NCBI GenBank assembly: GCA_035575515.1
Contig: DATLXU010000091.1
Location: forward strand, 1,638-65,637
Direction of reading: 5' to 3'
Source: Blastocatellia bacterium
GTDB taxonomy: Bacteria > Acidobacteriota > Blastocatellia > UBA7656
Length of the DNA stretch: 64,000 bases
Shown here: piece by piece, positions 1 to 8,313 of the stretch
Layout of the letters: every line of letters begins with the position of its first letter
Numbering within the stretch: the stretch's first letter is position 1
Position numbers and translations under genes: made by a program
Notes under the pieces: model-generated
Databases searched by the model: none
What the model was told of the DNA's origin: nothing
What the model saw: only the letters and a program-made list of their open reading frames with translations

Positions 1-474
1 GATGATGATCTTGCCGAGTTGCGAGAGCGGTTTATCTCCAGACTCTTTCTGAAAGCTCTGAGACTGAGGAACGATTCAAAGATAGTCATCGCGCAGCCTA
101 GCGCGATTGCCGAGACGTAAAAGAACAACGACAGCAGCGGCGAGTACCACAGCGGGTGCAGTTTGTGCGGAACTATCAAGCAGAGCGAGCCTAATGACGA
201 TTGATGAAGCGTCGAAAGAATCACGCCCAGAATCACGAGCGGAATTGTCGCGGCTTTCATCACCTTGAGGGCTTTTTGAAATCTGAATCGCTCAAGCACA
301 ACGGGCGAGAATTCCAGCGCGAGCACGGTGAAATAGAGCATTACGCACCACGCCACTTCAAACATAACCGAGTGCGGGTTCCACATCACGAGCGGATGCC
401 ATATTCGATAGGGCAATCCGAAATCGAACAGCAGCGCGCCAGAATGTCAGCTTCGGTAGTTTGATCTTTGACAT
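1..474 (-). CDS. NrfD/HybB/PsrC-type integral membrane (quinone-interacting) subunit; 3' end outside window, 5' end apparently frameshifted or internally deleted
   Basis: The minus-strand frame is open from 447 to 1. It reads ..LLFDFGLPYRIWHPLVMWNPHSVMFEVAWCVMLYFTVLALEFSP..STLHQSSLGSL..HPLWYSPLLSLFF.., matching the conserved core of HybB/NrfD proteins as I remember them. A GGAGG plus ATG start at 474 opens a different frame (MSKIKLPKLTFWRAAV..) that stops after 39 codons. It is absent from the ORF track because it has no in-window stop. Confidence 0.6.
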
Positions 475-486
475 AACGCCTCCAAA

Positions 487-575
487 GGCCAGATGTCAGG
501 TGGCAGATGATAGATGTCAGAGGTTAGTAGAGACGTGACCTCGATTCACTGACATCTATACATCTAACATCCTTG
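487..575. repeat. Inverted pair of heptamer-periodic tracts (AGATGNN units) forming an imperfect hairpin
   Basis: AGATGTCAGGTGGCAGATGATAGATGTCAG (about 491-520) faces CTGACATCTATACATCTAACATCC (549-572). The core stem is ATAGATGTCAG/CTGACATCTAT. It lies between the GcvH-like and NrfD-like genes on the same strand. Confidence 0.6.
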
Positions 576-1345
576 TCTTTCTCTTGTTCTTCTCGCTCGC
601 GGCGCAGCTTCTCTTCGCGCGCAGCTCGTTGCACTTCGACGCGCCGATTCGTTATCCACCAGATGCCGCCCATCAGCGCGCCGCCGTCCTGCATCGTCGC
701 TCCGACGCTCGCGTGCGCTTCGGCCAATAATTGATCTACTTCCCGATAAAGCTTTTCGACTTCGCGCTCGCGCGTGGCGCGAGCCTTCTGGCCGTAATAG
801 AGTTGCTTCAAGCACTGCTCAAGATGAACAGGCTCGATAATCATCGCCCAACATTCGCCGTAAGGATCGCGATTGACGAGTGAAGGCTGTTTAATAAGTT
901 TCACATTGAGTTGTTTGACGTAACCCGCAACAGGCGCGGCCAAGTCGCTTTCACCTGCTCGATAAGTGATGCGCCAGCACGGTTGATCTTGAACGACGAT
1001 TGCGCCCGCCGCAGGCAGAGCGATTGAGTAAATGCGGCCCGAAAGGCTCTGGCCGAAGTCATCAAGCCCGACGCGCACCAGCCCTTCATCTTCGACGTGC
1101 GCCCAGACGTGGCCGGGATGATAAAAGGGGCTACCGGCCACGTCCTGCCCTTTGAGGCTTGTCCGATCTGCCGCGAGATGACCAGTCATCACACCTTCAC
1201 GCAATGCAATGTCAAAGGGGCAATGCTCGCAATCGCACTCGCGGTCGCAGAGCTTGTATCCGACTACGCCCGCAAGCATCCAGACGCATTCGACCGGCGC
1301 GGTCGCCGTGCCAAAGTTATGCGATTGTTTCAGCGAGTCTGTCAT
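524..1345 (-). CDS. Glycine-cleavage H-protein-like (lipoyl-carrier fold) domain protein with N-terminal Cys-rich motif, probably not lipoylated
   Basis: A 273-aa ORF. HVWAHVEDEGLVRVGLDDFGQ ... DPYGECWAMII resembles the GcvH fold, but the lipoyl-lysine position reads GESDLAAPVAG (no Lys). The N-terminus has CDRECDCEHC. The C-terminal tail is charged, and the last codons run into repeat 487-575. Confidence 0.55.
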   Translation of the reverse strand: MTDSLKQSHNFGTATAPVECVWMLAGVVGYKLCDRECDCEHCPFDIALREGVMTGHLAADRTSLKGQDVAGSPFYHPGHVWAHVEDEGLVRVGLDDFGQSLSGRIYSIALPAAGAIVVQDQPCWRITYRAGESDLAAPVAGYVKQLNVKLIKQPSLVNRDPYGECWAMIIEPVHLEQCLKQLYYGQKARATREREVEKLYREVDQLLAEAHASVGATMQDGGALMGGIWWITNRRVEVQRAAREEKLRREREEQEKDKDVRCIDVSESRSRLY

Positions 1346-1657
1346 TGTTGTTGCCCTCCGCGCATTGCTCGCTCAGTTATTGGGCAACAGCCGTTCCATC
1401 ACGCGGCTTGTTTCGTTGAACCGCGCAACTGAAACAAATGTGGGAGATGAAGCTCATGTGACGTATTTAACGTTCGAGATTTTCAATATGCCGAAGTTGA
1501 AATACTCAACAGATATTTTCGGCTTGTTAAAGACGATGCGGCGTTTGTCGTTGATTTATTAGGATTGAGACTGGTTGAAGAATTCAACAGCCTTTGTTGA
1601 AAAGCTGAACAGGATTGCGACGAGCAAAAGATGAGCGCAAAGCGTCGCGCGCGGCAA

Positions 1658-2029
1658 TCAAAAGCTTTTGCCTTGCGCATATCGCTCTCGCCTGTAGTAG
1701 CGGCCTCGCCCCCTGTTTTTTCCTTTGTAAGTCGCAGTCTGCGCGTGGCAGTTGGGGCAGATCAACCTGATGTTATCGAGAGCGTTGTTCGACGAGTCAC
1801 CGTCTTTATGATCAAGCTCAAGCGGCGCGGGCCTGTCCATCCATTCCGTGATGCCGCAAACTTCACAACGCCTGCCACGCACACCAGCCAAATAGTTTCT
1901 TAACGAAGGCGCATAGACATTGAATCGTTCACTCTCATATTTCTGTCTGCGCCTGAATTGGAAATGGCAAGCTATAGAGCAATATATGTTCGGGCTTCGT
2001 TTAATTATCGCTCCACAATTCTTGCACAA
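1658..2029 (-). CDS. HNH (His-Me finger) endonuclease
   Basis: CEVCG ... LELDHKDGDSSNNALDNIRLICPNCH, with an additional N-terminal CxxC...C..C. TTG start as given in the ORF track. One sampled 60-nt stretch is about 43% GC. Confidence 0.75.
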   Translation of the reverse strand: MCKNCGAIIKRSPNIYCSIACHFQFRRRQKYESERFNVYAPSLRNYLAGVRGRRCEVCGITEWMDRPAPLELDHKDGDSSNNALDNIRLICPNCHAQTATYKGKNRGRGRYYRRERYAQGKSF

Positions 2030-2033
2030 AGGT

Positions 2034-2174
2034 CTATTTCTTCTTAGGTTGGTCTTCAGCCCAAAATCTTTTGAGCCGGTAGCGAACGGTAGTAAAGGAC
2101 ACTCCCAAACAGGCAGCGATCTTTCTGATGCTAAGACCTTCTTCGAAAATATTCTTTAGCTTTTCTCGATCCAA
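2034..2174 (-). CDS. Small helix-turn-helix protein (46 aa, TTG start) directly upstream of the HNH gene; possibly a split N-terminal domain of it
   Basis: Hand translation gives LDREKLKNIFEEGLSIRKIAACLGVSFTTVRYRLKRFWAEDQPKKK, where GLSIRKIAACLGVSFTTVRYRL is a typical HTH. It is below the ORF-track size cut-off, has no ATG, and opens two codons after an in-frame stop. Confidence 0.35.
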   Translation of the reverse strand: MDREKLKNIFEEGLSIRKIAACLGVSFTTVRYRLKRFWAEDQPKKK

Positions 2175-2206
2175 TTTCTAAAGCTCTGATTAATGGAGAT
2201 GAGAAA

Positions 2207-2278
2207 AGCCGGTGAGGAGACTCGAACTCCTGGTCTACTGATTACAAGTCAGTCGCTTTACCACTAAGCTACACCGGC
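2207..2278 (-). tRNA. tRNA-Thr (anticodon UGU)
   Basis: The reverse complement GCCGGTGTAGCTTAGTGGTAAAGCGACTGACTTGTAATCAGTAGACCAGGAGTTCGAGTCTCCTCACCGGCT folds as a cloverleaf. The acceptor is GCCGGTG/CACCGGC, the anticodon loop is CTTGTAA, and the T-loop is GTTCGAGTC. Confidence 0.9.
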
Positions 2279-2313
2279 TCATTTTCAAGAACATCTTTCG
2301 CGTTGCAGAAAAA

Positions 2314-2343
2314 ATATTAAGCAATCCGCTATCGAAATTGCAA
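2314..2343 (-). promoter_or_regulatory. Possible sigma70-type promoter for tRNA-Thr
   Basis: On the minus strand: TTGCAA (2343-2338), an 18-nt spacer, then TAATAT (2319-2314), about 35 nt upstream of the mature tRNA 5' end. Confidence 0.35.
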
Positions 2344-2409
2344 GCGCGACGACGACGCAACCATAGCAAGTTGGCGCGCGTGAAATGGCTTTGATACACT
2401 AGAGCCACT

Positions 2410-3414
2410 ATGCGAGGACTTGCATTGGCAGTCGCGCGACGTTTGTTAATAATCATCCCGGTCCTGTGGGCCGTCGTCACGATGGTCTTTCTTCTCATCC
2501 GCATAGTGCCGGGCGACCCGGCGCGCAACCTGGTCGGCGAGACGGCTTCGCCCGAAGATTATCAAAGAGCGCGCGTGGAACTCGGACTCGATAAGCCATG
2601 GTTTGAGCCTCGCACGTTCAGAATTCCGCTGACAAGCATAGACTTCACAATCGGCAAATTCCCGACCAAAGCTATCTTTCAACAATATGGCGATTACTGG
2701 GCGGGCCTTGTTCGCGGCGACTGGGGCACGAATCCGCGAACCAAACAACCCGTTCTCAACCGAATAATATCGCGCTACCCGGCGACGATAAGGCTCGCGC
2801 TGGCTGCGATGTTCATCGCCATACTGATTTCGATACCGCTCGGCGTTACTGCGGCGACTCATCGAGGCAGCGCCATTGACAGCCTTTCGACGCTCGTCGC
2901 GCTGCTTGGCATATCGCTTCCGAGCTTCGCTCTTGGGCCGCTGCTCGTTCTTTTATTCTCAGTCCAGCTTGGCATCACGCCGGTTGCTGGCACGGGCAGC
3001 CTCGTCAATTTGATTCTTCCTGCCGTAACGCTCGGCGCGGCGCTTTCGGCGATACTCACTCGCATAGTTCGTTCAAGCGTGCTGGAAGAACTGGGCGAAG
3101 ATTACGTGCGAACGGCTCGCGCTAAGGGCTTGCCGGAAAGGCGGGTCATCTACAAGCACGTTTTGAAAAACGGATTAATACCTGTCGTCACCGTTCTTGG
3201 GCTTCAATTCGGCGTGCTGCTCGCAGGCGCAATCATAACCGAGCGAGTCTTTGCATGGCCGGGCATCGGCAGCCTGCTCGTCGACAGCATCAGCGAGCGC
3301 GACTACAAGATGACGCAAGGCTGCATTCTGGTCATCGCGGTGACTTACGTTTTAGTCAACACCGCGACCGACATCGTTTATCGCTTCCTCGACCCGAGGA
3401 TAAAGGTAGATTGA
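2410..3414 (+). CDS. ABC transporter permease, DppB/OppB type
   Basis: The N-terminus RRLLIIIPVLWAVVTMVFLLIRIVPGDP and the EAA-loop region EDYVRTARAKGLPERRV are typical of peptide/nickel ABC permeases. Confidence 0.9.
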   Translation: MRGLALAVARRLLIIIPVLWAVVTMVFLLIRIVPGDPARNLVGETASPEDYQRARVELGLDKPWFEPRTFRIPLTSIDFTIGKFPTKAIFQQYGDYWAGLVRGDWGTNPRTKQPVLNRIISRYPATIRLALAAMFIAILISIPLGVTAATHRGSAIDSLSTLVALLGISLPSFALGPLLVLLFSVQLGITPVAGTGSLVNLILPAVTLGAALSAILTRIVRSSVLEELGEDYVRTARAKGLPERRVIYKHVLKNGLIPVVTVLGLQFGVLLAGAIITERVFAWPGIGSLLVDSISERDYKMTQGCILVIAVTYVLVNTATDIVYRFLDPRIKVD

Positions 3415-3415
3415 A

Positions 3416-3480
3416 GTTGTCCTTTGTCCTTGGTCACTTGTTTTCTATAAGCAAAAGACCAATGACCAATGACTAATGAC
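3416..3480. repeat. Inverted heptamer tracts (GTCNTTN units; right arm is TGACCAA/TGACTAA repeats)
   Basis: GTTGTCCTTTGTCCTTGGTCACTTGTTTT (3416-3444) faces AAAAGACCAATGACCAATGACTAATGAC (3453-3480). It lies between the two permease genes, and its right arm supplies three ATGs including the 3476 start. Confidence 0.6.
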
Positions 3481-4297
3481 GAGTATGAATCGCGTAGCTA
3501 AATTCGGATTAGCTGTGGCAGCAGTAATCGTGCTGCTGGCTATCCTGTCGCCGCTTTTGGCTTCCGAAGAAAGGGTTCAGAGTCTCGATCTCAGCGCGCG
3601 GCTCGAACCACCAACGAGAGAGCACCCGCTTGGACGCGATCAACTCGGGCGCGACGTTGCTGCGCGCATCATTTACGGCGCGCGAGTCTCGATGATGGTC
3701 GGCATATCGGTTGTCGCGCTGTCGTCAGTCGTCGGGATAATCATCGGAGCATTCGCGGGCTATCGCGGCGGGTGGATTGACAGACTCGTTTCAGGCTTCC
3801 TCTTCAACATCTTTCTTGCGTTTCCGGGAATACTTCTTGCCATTGCAATGGTCGCCTTCTTAGGGCCGAGCCTTGTGAATTTAATCGTTGCGCTGTCGGT
3901 CATCGGCTGGGTCGGTTACGCGCGATTGATGCGGGCGCAGGTCTTGAAAGTGCGCGAACTTGATTTTGTCACCGCTGCCCGCGCGCTCGGAGCGAGCGAC
4001 ACAAGGGTTTTAATTAAACATGTCTTGCCGAATTCGATTCAACCGCTGATCGTTCAAGCGTCGCTTGGAATGGCTGGCGCGATACTGGCCGAAGCTGGCA
4101 TGAGTTTTTTGGGTTTGGGAGTCGGTGAAGGAACGCCTTCATGGGGCAAGATGATTGATGATTCGCGCGAGTTCTGGTTTACGGCCCCGCACTTGTTTAT
4201 CTTTCCCGGAATAATGATTGCGCTCTCGGTGCTGGCGTTCAACTTCATCGGCGATGGACTGCGCGAGCGACTGGACCCGCGTCAACGTCCTAGATGA
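3476..4297 (+). CDS. ABC transporter permease, DppC/OppC type
   Basis: A multi-TM ORF with the EAA-loop FVTAARALGASDTRVLIKHVLPN. No ATPase or binding-protein gene is adjacent. Confidence 0.9.
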   Translation: MTSMNRVAKFGLAVAAVIVLLAILSPLLASEERVQSLDLSARLEPPTREHPLGRDQLGRDVAARIIYGARVSMMVGISVVALSSVVGIIIGAFAGYRGGWIDRLVSGFLFNIFLAFPGILLAIAMVAFLGPSLVNLIVALSVIGWVGYARLMRAQVLKVRELDFVTAARALGASDTRVLIKHVLPNSIQPLIVQASLGMAGAILAEAGMSFLGLGVGEGTPSWGKMIDDSREFWFTAPHLFIFPGIMIALSVLAFNFIGDGLRERLDPRQRPR

Positions 4298-5402
4298 ATG
4301 CCTCTTTGTTGACGACAAAAGGCATCCGCGACGGGGCGCCACCATATCGGCCTTCAATCACGTCAATCACTGCTTGAACTGTGCGGCCTGCCATGCCGAT
4401 GTCAGGGTCGGGCGAAAGCCGCGTCTCGCGTGTGCCCGACGCGAAATGATGAAACAGCCGCAATCGGCCTTTCAATCTCTCATCCCGCAACGGGCTATCT
4501 GCTGGCAACGGCTCTTTCTCGAATACATCGAGCGCCGCGCCCGCAATCTTGTTATCGATCAAAGCATCATAAAGCGCGCGCTCGTCAATCACAGGCCCGC
4601 GCGATGTGTTAATAAGATAAGCCGTCGGCTTCATCAGATTAAACGCCGCTTCATTCATCAGGTGATAAGTCGGCTCGCCCTCTTCGCCCGGCATTATGAG
4701 CGGCACGTGAAGGCTCACGTAATCGCCGCGCTCAATTGCTTCTTCAAACGAGACGTAAGCTACCTCGTTACGCCTGCGCGAAAAACCTGCTTCGTGTCTG
4801 ATCTGCATCTGGCGCGAAACCGCCTCGATGAATCTCTCATCACGCGAAGTCGCGTCATACAATAGTATGTCCATGTCGAGGCCTACGCATTTTTTGGCAA
4901 ACGCTTTGCCAATGCGCCCTGCCCCGATGACCGCAACTGCTTTGCCCGTCACCTGGTCGCCTAAAAATGGATGATAAGGATGCCACGAACCCCAATGATT
5001 TTCGCGCACCAGTTCTTCCGATGAGTAGAGCTTGCGCGAGACTGCGCCCATCATGAAGAAAGCAAACTCAGCCGTCGCTTCCGTCAGTACATCAGCCGTG
5101 TTCGTAAACGGTATCTGGTAGCGATTGGCCGCCGCGCGGTCAATGTTGTCGAAACCTACGGCGTATTGCGCCACCACGCGCAAAGTCTCTTTGCCTGCCG
5201 CGAAGACTTCTTCATCAATCTTATCGCGCAAGGTCGTGATGAGCGCATCAATACCGCTGCGAACCTTTTCGATGATGAATGACTTCGGCGGCGGCTCTGT
5301 GTCCGTGTAAACTTCAACCTCGTAGCCGCGCTCGCGCAATCGGTCTAAAGCCTCGCCGCCAATATCCGCCGTCGCAAAGATTCTGATTTTGTCCTTGGTC
5401 AT
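4290..5402 (-). CDS. D-isomer-specific 2-hydroxyacid dehydrogenase (glyoxylate/hydroxypyruvate reductase-like)
   Basis: AVIGAGRIGKAFAKK (GxGxxG) and LINTSRGPVIDERAL. The start is moved to MTKDKIRIF (ATG at 5402) because the longer ORF-track N-terminus reads through repeat 5391-5501. The 3' end overlaps the convergent permease gene by 8 bp. Confidence 0.85.
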   Translation of the reverse strand: MTKDKIRIFATADIGGEALDRLRERGYEVEVYTDTEPPPKSFIIEKVRSGIDALITTLRDKIDEEVFAAGKETLRVVAQYAVGFDNIDRAAANRYQIPFTNTADVLTEATAEFAFFMMGAVSRKLYSSEELVRENHWGSWHPYHPFLGDQVTGKAVAVIGAGRIGKAFAKKCVGLDMDILLYDATSRDERFIEAVSRQMQIRHEAGFSRRRNEVAYVSFEEAIERGDYVSLHVPLIMPGEEGEPTYHLMNEAAFNLMKPTAYLINTSRGPVIDERALYDALIDNKIAGAALDVFEKEPLPADSPLRDERLKGRLRLFHHFASGTRETRLSPDPDIGMAGRTVQAVIDVIEGRYGGAPSRMPFVVNKEAFI

Positions 5403-5501
5403 TTGTCCTTTGTCACTTGCACTTTGTTGTAGCGTCCGGACAGGCATCAGATTACCGCCATCAAATGACGAATGACAAATAACTAAGGGCGAATGACCAG
5501 T
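5391..5501. repeat. Inverted heptamer tracts (GTCNTTN units)
   Basis: GTCCTTGGTCATTTGTCCTTTGTCACTTGCACTTTG (5391-5426) faces CAAATGACGAATGACAAATAACTAAGGGCGAATGACCAG (about 5462-5500). The left arm overlaps the dehydrogenase start codon. Confidence 0.55.
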
Positions 5502-5578
5502 ATCAATATATTGAACCCATGCGGCGAAGCCATCGCTATTAGTTGTGGAATTTTATCTGCGCTCAGTTCACTTTTTCC

Positions 5579-5607
5579 TTGACAGCGGATGGCCTTGCGC
5601 ATACTAT
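5579..5607 (+). promoter_or_regulatory. Near-consensus sigma70 promoter
   Basis: TTGACA (5579-5584), a 17-nt spacer, then TACTAT (5602-5607), inside a 540-bp region with no credible ORF. Confidence 0.55.
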
Positions 5608-5613
5608 GCCGGT

Positions 5614-5864
5614 AACACCGGAAAGGAGGTGGTCCAGAGCAATGATAAGTTTTAGACCAGGTGAGGTGGCTGAGGCCTGAGCGTGGCCAGCCGCGTGCGT
5701 GCGGCTGACTGTGGGCGCGTTGAGCGTTCAATCATAAAGTTGCTGATTGCAGGAGCAGCACGCTCATTCCAGTATTTGCGGATAGGCCACGGGCCAATCC
5801 CAACAGTCCACCGCAAGCCCCGACGCAGAGCGCCATCGAGCCGCCGCGTCGGGGCTTGTTGTTG
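5614..5864 (+). ncRNA. Candidate ~250-nt small RNA or regulatory leader, family unknown
   Basis: It is bounded by the promoter above and a GC-rich hairpin CCCCGACGC(5818-5826)/GCGTCGGGG(5846-5854) followed by CTTGTTGTTG. Several internal short hairpins are present (CCGG-taaca-CCGG, GGCC-tgagcgt-GGCC, GCCGC-gtgcgt-GCGGC). Only a 12-codon ORF (5642-5680) follows the GGAGG at 5625. Confidence 0.3.
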
Positions 5865-5989
5865 CTACACATACAACTGCCTCAAGCCCGTTCTTTTGAA
5901 ACATATTCGAAAATCCCGCGTTGTAATTTAGGCTCGAAGTGAGATAATTCCTCAAGCAAAGATTTCACCCTCATAGAAAGTGAGCGACG

Positions 5990-7471
5990 ATGAGATTCAA
6001 GTTGTTCCGGCTTCTTTTCCTGCTTGCGTGCGTTGCGGCTGTCAGCGCGCGCGCCAACAAGCCCGCCGCAATTGATTGGCACGACACGACGCGTGACGTT
6101 TACATTGCAAACGAGATTGATCGCGCCGCTCAGGTGCTCGCTAGCGATTCGCCATCGCGCCTTGCGCTCGTTTCATCGAAGCTTGACCGCGCCATCGTGC
6201 TCAACATAAACGAGCAGACCATTAGCGCCGTCTCAAAAGATGCTTTTCATTTTTCGGCTGACCGCACATCTGCGACATCAGATGGCGACGCGAAGATGGA
6301 AGCTATCGGCAAATTCACGCGCCTCGATGGGCCAATATATTTTTTCGCTGTTGACGGAAAGCCTATCTTGATTCGCGCGCATCCGGGACTGACGGGCGAG
6401 ATGACTATGGAGAAGCTCTGGGAGACAGTTCCCGTGTGGCGCGCGGAGATGGAGAACTATCAGCCGAGCGCGGAAGCCGTCGCCGCTATCAAAGCCAGCG
6501 ATAAAGACGCGAACGTGACGCTCATCTACGGAACGTGGTGCCCCGACAGCAAAAACTATATGCCGCGATTGATTAAAGCTCTACAGGCCGCAGGCAACAC
6601 TCACGTGCATCTGAAGCTCATCGGCGTGGACAATCAATTCCACGAGCCGGTTGATACGGTTCAGCCGCGCGCGATTACTAATGTGCCGACGGTGATCGTC
6701 GAGCGCGACGGGCGCGAGATTGGCCGCATAGTCGAAACGCCTGCGGCGAAGACTATCGAAGAAGATTTGGCGGCCATACTCAGTGGTAAAGCAATTGTTC
6801 ACAACGGCAGGTGGGAGCGCGGGCCGATGCTTGCGCGCGGCGCGTACTCATATCGAGATGCGAATGGCAAAGAGGTCGGCAGCGAAACGTGGGAGTTGTT
6901 CAGCACTACGTCGGGCGGGTTGCTCGCGCACAGCCGCGTGACTATGAATGATGTGACAACGGAAGTTTTTCATGAAGTGGAAGCGAACCGGCGGCCAAAA
7001 TTTGTTGAAGTGACGAAGCAGCACGGGCCGGAGCGCACGCGCACGCGCCACACGGTTGACAGGCGCACAATGACAGCGCGAATGCGCGGCAGCAACTCAG
7101 GCGTGATACTGCAAACCGTCGAAGTGCCTGAGCAGTTTTTTCTGTCATCGCCAGCGGTCGTGGCACAGGGCTGGCTCCCAGAGCCGGTTTCAAGCCATTC
7201 CGGTAAAAATGTGACAGCAAGCTATGCCGCTCCCGCCGAGTTTAATCGCGCGATGGGAACGCTCGCACAGATGAGCTTTGAAACAAAGAATGACGAATCG
7301 GTTAAAGTTCCCTGCGGAGAGTTTCGCGCGCGGCACATCACGCGCAAAATGGAAAACCAAATTTCGGAGTGGTGGCTGCACCCGCAGCTCGGCATCCCTG
7401 TGCGCGGGCAAGTACCGGGCGGGGTGCAGTTCATACTTACGTCTTTGGAGATTGCGCCGCCGAATAAATAG
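5990..7471 (+). CDS. Secreted thioredoxin-fold domain protein (CxxS-type active site) with N- and C-terminal domains of unknown function
   Basis: Signal peptide MRFKLFRLLFLLACVAAVSARA. The thioredoxin-like block is VTLIYGTWCPDSKNYMPRL ... VPTVIVERDGREIGRIVE. Confidence 0.7.
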   Translation: MRFKLFRLLFLLACVAAVSARANKPAAIDWHDTTRDVYIANEIDRAAQVLASDSPSRLALVSSKLDRAIVLNINEQTISAVSKDAFHFSADRTSATSDGDAKMEAIGKFTRLDGPIYFFAVDGKPILIRAHPGLTGEMTMEKLWETVPVWRAEMENYQPSAEAVAAIKASDKDANVTLIYGTWCPDSKNYMPRLIKALQAAGNTHVHLKLIGVDNQFHEPVDTVQPRAITNVPTVIVERDGREIGRIVETPAAKTIEEDLAAILSGKAIVHNGRWERGPMLARGAYSYRDANGKEVGSETWELFSTTSGGLLAHSRVTMNDVTTEVFHEVEANRRPKFVEVTKQHGPERTRTRHTVDRRTMTARMRGSNSGVILQTVEVPEQFFLSSPAVVAQGWLPEPVSSHSGKNVTASYAAPAEFNRAMGTLAQMSFETKNDESVKVPCGEFRARHITRKMENQISEWWLHPQLGIPVRGQVPGGVQFILTSLEIAPPNK

Positions 7472-7571
7472 ACGGGCCGAATACAACAGGTTTGGGCGAG
7501 AGGGAGCAGGTTGATAGTGAATGCGCCGTCTGGCTGAATCTGAAATGATTGCGATGACTTTTGCAATGGGG

Positions 7572-7949
7572 TTATCGCTCAATGAATTTCTTGAAAGCCG
7601 GGTATCGCTCGAACATTTCCAGAAGCATTCGATCACCTAACTCAGCGGCTTTTACGGCGCATCGGCCTGCGCGTTCGTAATCGTCCAGGGCAACATAGAC
7701 CTCACCGAGCTTGCGGTATGCAGGAGCAAACTGCGGGTCGCTCTCGATGGCTGATTCAAACTCTCGGATTGACTCTTGCACGCGGCGCTGGCTGTAATAC
7801 AACACCGCCAGATCAAAATGCGCTTTCGCGTTGCATGGATTCTCTTTAAGGATGGCTTGCTGGCGGGCTATCTCTTGATTCACGTCTTCGTCGAGCGCAA
7901 ATTCGACAACTTCGCGCAGCCAGCTTTTTTGCTTGTCGGTTTTGCCCAT
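7572..7949 (-). CDS. TPR-repeat protein
   Basis: AKAHFDLAVLYYSQRRVQESIREFESAIESDPQFAPAYRKLGEVYVALDDYERA is TPR-like. The start is moved to MGKTDKQ (ATG at 7949), 4 nt after the stop of the upstream gene. Confidence 0.65.
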   Translation of the reverse strand: MGKTDKQKSWLREVVEFALDEDVNQEIARQQAILKENPCNAKAHFDLAVLYYSQRRVQESIREFESAIESDPQFAPAYRKLGEVYVALDDYERAGRCAVKAAELGDRMLLEMFERYPAFKKFIER

Positions 7950-7953
7950 CGTC

Positions 7954-8232
7954 TCAGGCAAGATATTGAGCCAGTTCGCGGGCAAGCTCTTCGGGGCGCA
8001 CCGCTTCGCCATCGTTTAATCGCTCAAGCGTGCGGTCAATTATCGCTTTCGCTTCGTCCTTTTTCGATTCTTTCAAAAAGCCGTCGAAGAAATGGTCGCC
8101 CGCAAGCGCCCGGTTGATCTCTGTCTCTTTATTGTGCTCGTTCAATTCCGTAAAGTAGACGACCTTGTAGCGACGGTTATAGCTGCCCTCACGATAAATC
8201 TCAAACATTATCTTGCTTGACGGTTGCATCAA
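7954..8232 (-). CDS. Hypothetical small protein (92 aa)
   Basis: An ORF tightly coupled to the TPR gene. No motif recognised. Confidence 0.45.
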   Translation of the reverse strand: MMQPSSKIMFEIYREGSYNRRYKVVYFTELNEHNKETEINRALAGDHFFDGFLKESKKDEAKAIIDRTLERLNDGEAVRPEELARELAQYLA

Positions 8233-8313
8233 CTACTCCCCTTTATAATGAGCTTTAATTGTCGGGCCACCGACTTTTCACTTATAGCTTTAGCTGAGCG
8301 CGGATAAAAAATC

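Noticed and set aside
201-464. 87-aa plus-strand ORF at the window start.
   Set aside because: It lies opposite the strongly conserved NrfD/HybB-like reading frame, and its composition is unprotein-like (His/Arg-rich).
5614-5864. Attempted to assign the candidate RNA to tmRNA, RNase P, SRP/4.5S, 6S, or the cobalamin, TPP, glycine, guanidine, ZTP or fluoride riboswitches.
   Set aside because: None of the hallmark conserved boxes I remember (e.g. GGAAAGUCCGGGC, GGAAGCAGCC, GCCACUG, CUGAGA) is present. The family is left unknown rather than named.
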